64,000 bases of DNA, from positions 129,617-193,616 of the forward strand of contig CBDBBV010000002.1 in the NCBI GenBank assembly GCA_965203265.1, in the 5' to 3' direction. The notes beneath the pieces are model-generated. The model had not been told where the DNA came from. It did not search any database and worked only from the letters and a program-made list of their open reading frames with translations. Position numbers and translations under genes: made by a program. Source of the DNA: Candidatus Poriferihabitaceae bacterium (lineage in GTDB: Bacteria; Pseudomonadota; Gammaproteobacteria; Arenicellales; Poriferihabitantaceae). The stretch's first letter is position 1. Every line of letters starts with the position of its first letter. This document shows positions 58,959-64,000 of the stretch, piece after piece.

Positions 58959-60991
58959 ACTCGGCTTCATCCTCCGATACCGTCCACATCGTCTTCACCC
59001 CCTCCGGCAAGCGTGGCCAAGTCGCACTCGGCAAGTCGGTGCTCGAAGCGGCGCAGCAGCTCGGCGTGGATTTGGACACGGTGTGCGGCGGGCGCGGCTT
59101 GTGTGATCGTTGCCAGATCGACCAGAGCGTCGGCGATTTTGCCAAGTTCAAGATCAAGTCCGAGGCGTCTCATTTGTCGCCGCCGAGCGCCGCCGAGCGG
59201 GACTTCTTCCCGGCCGATTCGCCGCCGACTCGCCGCCTCGGTTGTCAGGCGAAATTGCGCGGCGATGTGGTCATCGATGTGCCGCCGGAGAGTCAGGCGC
59301 ATCGGCAGGTGGTGCGCAAGCGCGCCGATGTGCGCGGGATAACGGTCAATCCGGCGGTTCGGCTTCATTATGTCGAAGTCCCCGAACCCAACATGCACGA
59401 GCCGAGCGGCGACCTGCAGCGCCTCCTCGACGCCCTCGAATTCGAATGGGGGCTGACCGATCTGCGGTGCGATTTCCCCATTCTCGAGCCACTGCAGACG
59501 GCGCTGCGAAATGGCCACTGGAAGGTTACCGTGGCGGTTCACCAAGACGCGCGGATCATCGCCCTGTGGCCCGGCCTGAAGAACACCGTGTACGGCATGG
59601 CGGTGGATGTCGGCTCCACCACCATCGCCGCGCACCTGTGCGATCTGGTAACCGGAGAGGTGGTGGCATCGGCCGGCAAGATGAACCCGCAGATTCGCTT
59701 CGGCGAAGACCTGATGAGCCGGGTTTCCTACGCCATGATGAATCCGGGCGGGGAAGTGGATATGACTCGGGCGGTGCGGCAGGCATTGCAGGAACTGATG
59801 GAGGAAGTCGTTGGCGAATCTCGCATCGATCTGGCGGACGTGCTCGACATGACCCTGGTGGGCAATCCGGTCATGCACCATCTGCTGCTCGGCATCAACC
59901 CCGTGGAATTGGGCGGCGCGCCGTTCGCGCTGGCCACGGATCAGGCCGTAGACGGCCTCGCCGCCGATTTGCAGTTGCGCGCCCATGCCGGCACCCGCGT
60001 CTATGTGCTGCCGTGCATCGCCGGGCATGTGGGCGCCGATGCGGCCGCGGTAACCCTGTCCGAAGCGCCATATGCGCGCGAGCAGATGACTCTGGTGGTG
60101 GATGTCGGCACCAACGCCGAGATCGTGCTCGGCAACGACAAGAAAATGGTGGCGGCCTCCAGCCCCACCGGCCCGGCGTTCGAGGGCGCGCAGATCAGCG
60201 GCGGCCAGCGCGCCGCCCCCGGCGCCATCGAGCGGGTGCGCATCGACCGCGAAACTCTGGAACCCCGTTTTCGCGTGATCGGCTGCGAATTATGGTCCGA
60301 CGAGGAAGGCTTCGACCGCGCCGTCGCGCCAACCGGCGTAACCGGCATCTGCGGCTCCGGCATCATCGAGGTCATCGCCGAACTCTATCTGGCCGGCGTG
60401 ATCAAGTCGGACGGCATCATCGACGGCGCCACGGCATCCACAAGTTGGCGCGTGCAGCCCGACGCCAAGACCTGGGCCTACCTATTGCACGATCAGGAGC
60501 CGGTGAAAATCCGCATTACCCAGAACGATGTGCGCGCCATTCAGCTGGCCAAGGCGGCACTGCACGCTGGTGCCCAGCTGCTCATGGACAAAATCGGCAT
60601 CGAGCAGCTCGATCGAATTCGTCTGGCCGGTGCCTTCGGCGCCCACATCGATGTCAAGTACGCCATGGTGCTCGGCATGATTCCGGATTGCCGGCTGGAA
60701 CATGTAACCTCGGCGGGCAACGCCGCCGGTTCCGGCGCCATCATCACCCTGCTGGACAAGACCGCGCGACTGGAAATCGAGGATGTGGTAAAGCGCATCC
60801 ACAAGGTGGAAACCGCGGTGGAGGCGAAATTTCAAGATCATTTCGTCGCCGCGTTGGCGATTCCCCACAAGAGCGCCGACTATCGCCATCTGCGGCAGGA
60901 AGTCGAACTGCCCGAGGCCGTCGCCGGCGGGGCGGGGGCCGACGAGAAATCGGAGCGAGGACGGCAACGCCGCCGGAAAAGTCGCCGATGA
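58955..60991 (+). CDS. corrinoid reductive activase-like protein (N-terminal 2Fe-2S ferredoxin + ASKHA ATPase, RACo type)
   Basis: Plant-type ferredoxin Cys pattern CGGRGLCDRCQ...LGCQ. Large ASKHA/DUF4445-like body (GMAVDVGSTTIAAHL, VVDVGTNAEIVLG, SPTGPAFEG, GICGSG). ATGA overlap with the GFA gene. Confidence 0.75.
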   Translation: MNSASSSDTVHIVFTPSGKRGQVALGKSVLEAAQQLGVDLDTVCGGRGLCDRCQIDQSVGDFAKFKIKSEASHLSPPSAAERDFFPADSPPTRRLGCQAKLRGDVVIDVPPESQAHRQVVRKRADVRGITVNPAVRLHYVEVPEPNMHEPSGDLQRLLDALEFEWGLTDLRCDFPILEPLQTALRNGHWKVTVAVHQDARIIALWPGLKNTVYGMAVDVGSTTIAAHLCDLVTGEVVASAGKMNPQIRFGEDLMSRVSYAMMNPGGEVDMTRAVRQALQELMEEVVGESRIDLADVLDMTLVGNPVMHHLLLGINPVELGGAPFALATDQAVDGLAADLQLRAHAGTRVYVLPCIAGHVGADAAAVTLSEAPYAREQMTLVVDVGTNAEIVLGNDKKMVAASSPTGPAFEGAQISGGQRAAPGAIERVRIDRETLEPRFRVIGCELWSDEEGFDRAVAPTGVTGICGSGIIEVIAELYLAGVIKSDGIIDGATASTSWRVQPDAKTWAYLLHDQEPVKIRITQNDVRAIQLAKAALHAGAQLLMDKIGIEQLDRIRLAGAFGAHIDVKYAMVLGMIPDCRLEHVTSAGNAAGSGAIITLLDKTARLEIEDVVKRIHKVETAVEAKFQDHFVAALAIPHKSADYRHLRQEVELPEAVAGGAGADEKSERGRQRRRKSRR

Positions 60992-60992
60992 G

Positions 60993-61019
60993 GCTTGGTG
61001 GGTGGTTGCACCGCCAAGC
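60993..61019 (+). terminator. possible terminator hairpin after the activase gene
   Basis: GCTTGGTGG / CCGCCAAGC, 9-bp stem with one G-U pair and a 9-nt loop. Only a weak, displaced T-run follows. Confidence 0.3.
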
Positions 61020-61184
61020 GGTTTAGTCGGCGCTTTTCACCTGTGCAATGCCAAAATTCTTGACTTTTTCCGGCTTCGTTGCCATATTTCACCCCGAAAC
61101 CCAACCACACCAAGAGATTAAGACCGTGAAAATGCACTTCGGCCCTGGCGTTCCCATTTTCGTTTGAGGGAATATCCGGGGGAT

Positions 61185-61760
61185 CTATCCGGGATACAGT
61201 CTTTTCTTCTCCAAGAATTTCTTGATTCCTTGACCTGCCGCTTTCAGGGGGAACTGGATGCGTTTTCCCAAGAGTTTCTTCACTTGGCGCGCGTAGTCAA
61301 GCGTTTCGGTGTTGCACTGCTCGAACATACCAAATAGTTTCAATTTTCTGCCCTGTTCCAAGTTCCTGACGATCTCGTAGTTGAAGCTTTGACCGAGCGC
61401 CAGAAGTTGGGACTGACTATGAAAATATGATATCACCGCTTTTTCTTCTTCTGTTTTCAGCCATTCCAGCGCATCGATCACTTGATCGTAGGTAAGATCG
61501 TCGGTGGACGAAGTAATCACAGTGTATGGTGTATAAGTTGGGTCATTTTCGATAAGTCGTCGGGTGTTCGTGCTGTTTTCCTGATGCACACTAGAAACTT
61601 CGATCGTCCTGTCTGCGTGGTGGTAAATGGTGTTGATCAATTTTCGCCTCTTGCTACGACGCACTTGCAAGTAAGTGTAAATACTGAACCCGAAAGCAAG
61701 AAAAGAGACCACTATGGCCCCTCCGGCGCCCCACAACGAAATCAAGTTTTGTGTGCTCAT
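61185..61760 (-). CDS. hypothetical membrane-anchored protein, 191 aa, lower-GC
   Basis: Start at internal ATG 61760 with GGAGA SD. N-terminal TM (WGAGGAIVVSFLAFGFSIYTYL) followed by RRSKRRK, then a soluble domain of about 140 aa with no recognised motif. A sampled line (61381) gives 27/60 G+C. Confidence 0.55.
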   Translation of the reverse strand: MSTQNLISLWGAGGAIVVSFLAFGFSIYTYLQVRRSKRRKLINTIYHHADRTIEVSSVHQENSTNTRRLIENDPTYTPYTVITSSTDDLTYDQVIDALEWLKTEEEKAVISYFHSQSQLLALGQSFNYEIVRNLEQGRKLKLFGMFEQCNTETLDYARQVKKLLGKRIQFPLKAAGQGIKKFLEKKRLYPG

Positions 61761-61955
61761 GTTTTCTCCATAAACATTGGCGCTTGTACAAGAACAAAAC
61801 GCCGATCCATTGAAAGCAGCTGGGTGGAGCACCTGGCCCCAGCAAACCGTGATTACACACAGCCTTCCCAACCGCCGCCGTGCACCATACATACTCGGTG
61901 TCGATGGCGCAACTACATTCCATAAAAAAATGAACCCCCAACTACCACCCCCACC

Positions 61956-63515
61956 TCAATAATTGGAATCCGCAAACGACCCCTTGCGTTTATCGATATA
62001 TTCCACCAAAGCCTCGTCAATAGCCGGATCAATAGCCGGAGCAACATAATCCCGCAACATCTCCTTCCACAACTTGTTGGCACGTTGCACCGCATCCTGC
62101 GCGCCTTCGGATTGCCATTGTTCGAAGCTGTTGTTGTCGGCCACGTTTGAGCGATAAAACGCGGTTTTGAAATTGCTCTGGGTGTGCGCGCAGCCGAGGA
62201 AATGGGCGCCGGGGCCGACTTCGCGGATGGCGCTCAGCGCCTGACCGTTTTCCGATAGATCGAAACCTTCGGCAAACACCGCCATCATCCCCAGCTGATC
62301 CGCATCCAGAATCAGCTTCTCATAACTGGAAGCGAGGCCGCCTTCCAACCAACCCGCCGCGTGCAGCACGAAATTCACTCCGGCGGCGAGAGTCGGCAGC
62401 AGCGTGTTGGCACTTTCGAATGCCGCCTGCGCGTCTGGAACCTTCGACCCGCACAGCGAACCGCCGCTGCGGAAGGGAACGCCGAGACGCCGCGCCAACG
62501 CCGCTGCGCCGTTCAGCACCAGAGCCGGTTCCGGCGTGCCGAAGGTGGGGGCGCCGGATTGCATGGAAATGGAACTGGCGAAAGTGCCGAACACCACCGG
62601 CGAGCCGGGTCGCACCAGTTGGGTAAACGCCATCCCCGCCATCGCCTCGGCGAGGATTTGCGCGAGCGTGCCGGCGGCGGTTACCGGCGACATCGCGCCG
62701 GCGAGGATGAACGGCGAGATGATGCTGGCCTGATTGTTGCGCGCATACACCTCGGCGGCGCCGAGCATGGTTTCGTCGAAAGTCATCGGTGAATTGGCGT
62801 TGATCAGGTTGATCACCACGGTGTTTTCATTGACGAACCGCTCGCCGAACAGGATGCGGCACATCGCCACCGTGTCTTCGGCGCGCTCCGGATGGGTAAC
62901 CGAGCCCATGAACGGCTTGTCGCTGTACTTAATGTGGCTGTACACCATATCGAAATGGCGCTTGTTGACCGGCAGATCGGTAGGCTCGCACACCGTACCG
63001 CCGGAATGGTGCAACGCCGGTAGTTGATAGGCCAACTTCACCAGATTGCGAAAATCCTCGATGGTCGCATAGCGCCGCCCGGCGTCGAGATCGCGCACGA
63101 ACGGCGAGCCGTATACCGGCGCAAACACCGTGTGCCGCCCGCCGATCATGACGCTGCGCGCCGGATTGCGAGATTTCTGCTCGAACACCGTCGGCGCCGA
63201 ATCGCCAATGATCCGGCGGCACATGCCGGGCGGGAAGCGCACCCGCTCGCCGTCTATCTCGGCACCGGCCTGCTTGAACAGCCGAATTGCCGGTTCGTAG
63301 CGAAAATCGATGCCGATTTCCGCGAGGATGGTATCGGCGTTTTGCTCGATGAGGACGAGCCCCTCTTCGCCGAGCAGTTCGTATTCGGGAATGACGCGGG
63401 TGATGTACGCGGGCGCCGCCGGCGTGGGGCTAGCGCCTCCGCCCCCATCCCCGCCCGCGCTTGCTGAGCGACCGCGACTCCGGCGGCGGCCTCGTTTTCC
63501 TGCAGATTCCGACAT
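61956..63515 (-). CDS. MttB-superfamily (trimethylamine methyltransferase family) corrinoid-dependent methyltransferase, non-pyrrolysine type
   Basis: 519-aa uninterrupted ORF with MttB-family features (LLGEEGLVLIEQNADTILAEIGIDF, INANSPMTFD, GAMSPVT, HAAGWLEGGL). No internal amber codon. Confidence 0.85.
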   Translation of the reverse strand: MSESAGKRGRRRSRGRSASAGGDGGGGASPTPAAPAYITRVIPEYELLGEEGLVLIEQNADTILAEIGIDFRYEPAIRLFKQAGAEIDGERVRFPPGMCRRIIGDSAPTVFEQKSRNPARSVMIGGRHTVFAPVYGSPFVRDLDAGRRYATIEDFRNLVKLAYQLPALHHSGGTVCEPTDLPVNKRHFDMVYSHIKYSDKPFMGSVTHPERAEDTVAMCRILFGERFVNENTVVINLINANSPMTFDETMLGAAEVYARNNQASIISPFILAGAMSPVTAAGTLAQILAEAMAGMAFTQLVRPGSPVVFGTFASSISMQSGAPTFGTPEPALVLNGAAALARRLGVPFRSGGSLCGSKVPDAQAAFESANTLLPTLAAGVNFVLHAAGWLEGGLASSYEKLILDADQLGMMAVFAEGFDLSENGQALSAIREVGPGAHFLGCAHTQSNFKTAFYRSNVADNNSFEQWQSEGAQDAVQRANKLWKEMLRDYVAPAIDPAIDEALVEYIDKRKGSFADSNY

Positions 63516-63643
63516 GACTTGCTCCGATAATCAAAAAATCAAACCGGCAAAAATATACGCCTTCCCCCCCGCCGGAACAAGCCGCGATACGACCTGAAGG
63601 CAGCCGATTGCGCCACAAAGCGCCTTTGTACGATAATCGAAAC

Positions 63644-64000
63644 ATGGAAGAGATAGCGGAAAACGAGAACACCGCCACCGCCGAGCCGGCGCCCGATCCC
63701 ACGCCCGCGCCCACGCGCTACGGATTTTTGCTGGTGCCGGAGTATTCCATGATGGCTTTCGTCGCCGCCGTGGATCAAATCCGCATGGCCAACCGGCTAG
63801 CGAACCGGCAACTGTACGAATGGGTCGTATTGAGCGAAGACGGCGAGCCGGTGCACGCCAGCAACGACCTATCGGTGTCGGCGCTGGCCATGCACGCCAG
63901 CGAGGCGCTGGATGTGGTATTCGTCTGCGGCGGCACCAACATCGAGGCGCAGGCGAGCAAGCCGATAAACGCCTGGCTGCGGGCGCAATCGCGCCGACGG
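63644..64000 (+). CDS. GlxA/GbdR-type AraC-family regulator, N-terminal DJ-1/PfpI-like domain only (3'-truncated by window edge)
   Basis: YGFLLVPEYSMMAFVAAVDQIRMANRL...DVVFVCGG is the amidase-like sensor-domain pattern of GATase1-containing AraC regulators. Divergent from the MttB-family gene. Confidence 0.65.
   Translation, partial: MEEIAENENTATAEPAPDPTPAPTRYGFLLVPEYSMMAFVAAVDQIRMANRLANRQLYEWVVLSEDGEPVHASNDLSVSALAMHASEALDVVFVCGGTNIEAQASKPINAWLRAQSRRR

Overview
High-GC (about 60-65% by eye) proteobacterial chromosome segment. It is mostly housekeeping genes in a Gammaproteobacteria-like order: rpsD-rpoA-rplQ, rlmE-ftsH-glmM, queA-tgt, glyA, prfB-lysS, lolCD, lon, a peptide/nickel-type ABC importer, cfa, polA, a histidine kinase/response regulator pair, uvrD, argG, LPS-core genes and a Gly-Cys-Leu tRNA cluster. 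All calls rest on reading the six-frame translations and the DNA by eye; no searches were run. Four regions stand out. (1) An AT-rich islet of about 4.8 kb (37.2-41.9 kb) lies between tRNA-Met and argG. It encodes one 1412-aa protein with an N-terminal sacsin/NOV-like GHKL ATPase (ExxxNxxD box) and a C-terminal DUF3883-type PD-(D/E)xK nuclease-like domain, separated by roughly 800-1100 aa with no motif I recognise. No mobility gene is present. This is my best candidate for an undescribed single-protein defence or DNA-surveillance system. (2) A C6-T-C30 homopolymer tract (48616-48652) sits between a well-signalled ATG (promoter + SD) and a 1167-codon autotransporter ORF built from Calx-beta-like repeats, which lies in the +1 frame. 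This looks like a slipped-strand phase-variation switch currently in the OFF register. (3) A complete corrinoid-dependent methyl-transfer cluster (53.6-64.0 kb) contains a non-Pyl MttB-family methyltransferase, corrinoid protein, pterin-binding methyltransferase, MetV/MetF-type MTHFR, RACo-like activase, DUF1638, a small virulence-factor-like protein and a divergent GlxA/GbdR-type regulator. It is interrupted by lower-GC insertions: a NYN nuclease with a Zn-ribbon insert and its own promoter, and a membrane-anchored orphan. (4) Smaller oddities include a GroEL-like GGM tail on RpoA, a 27-nt in-frame tandem duplication at an ABC permease start, and a tiny membrane peptide + DUF1127 operon.
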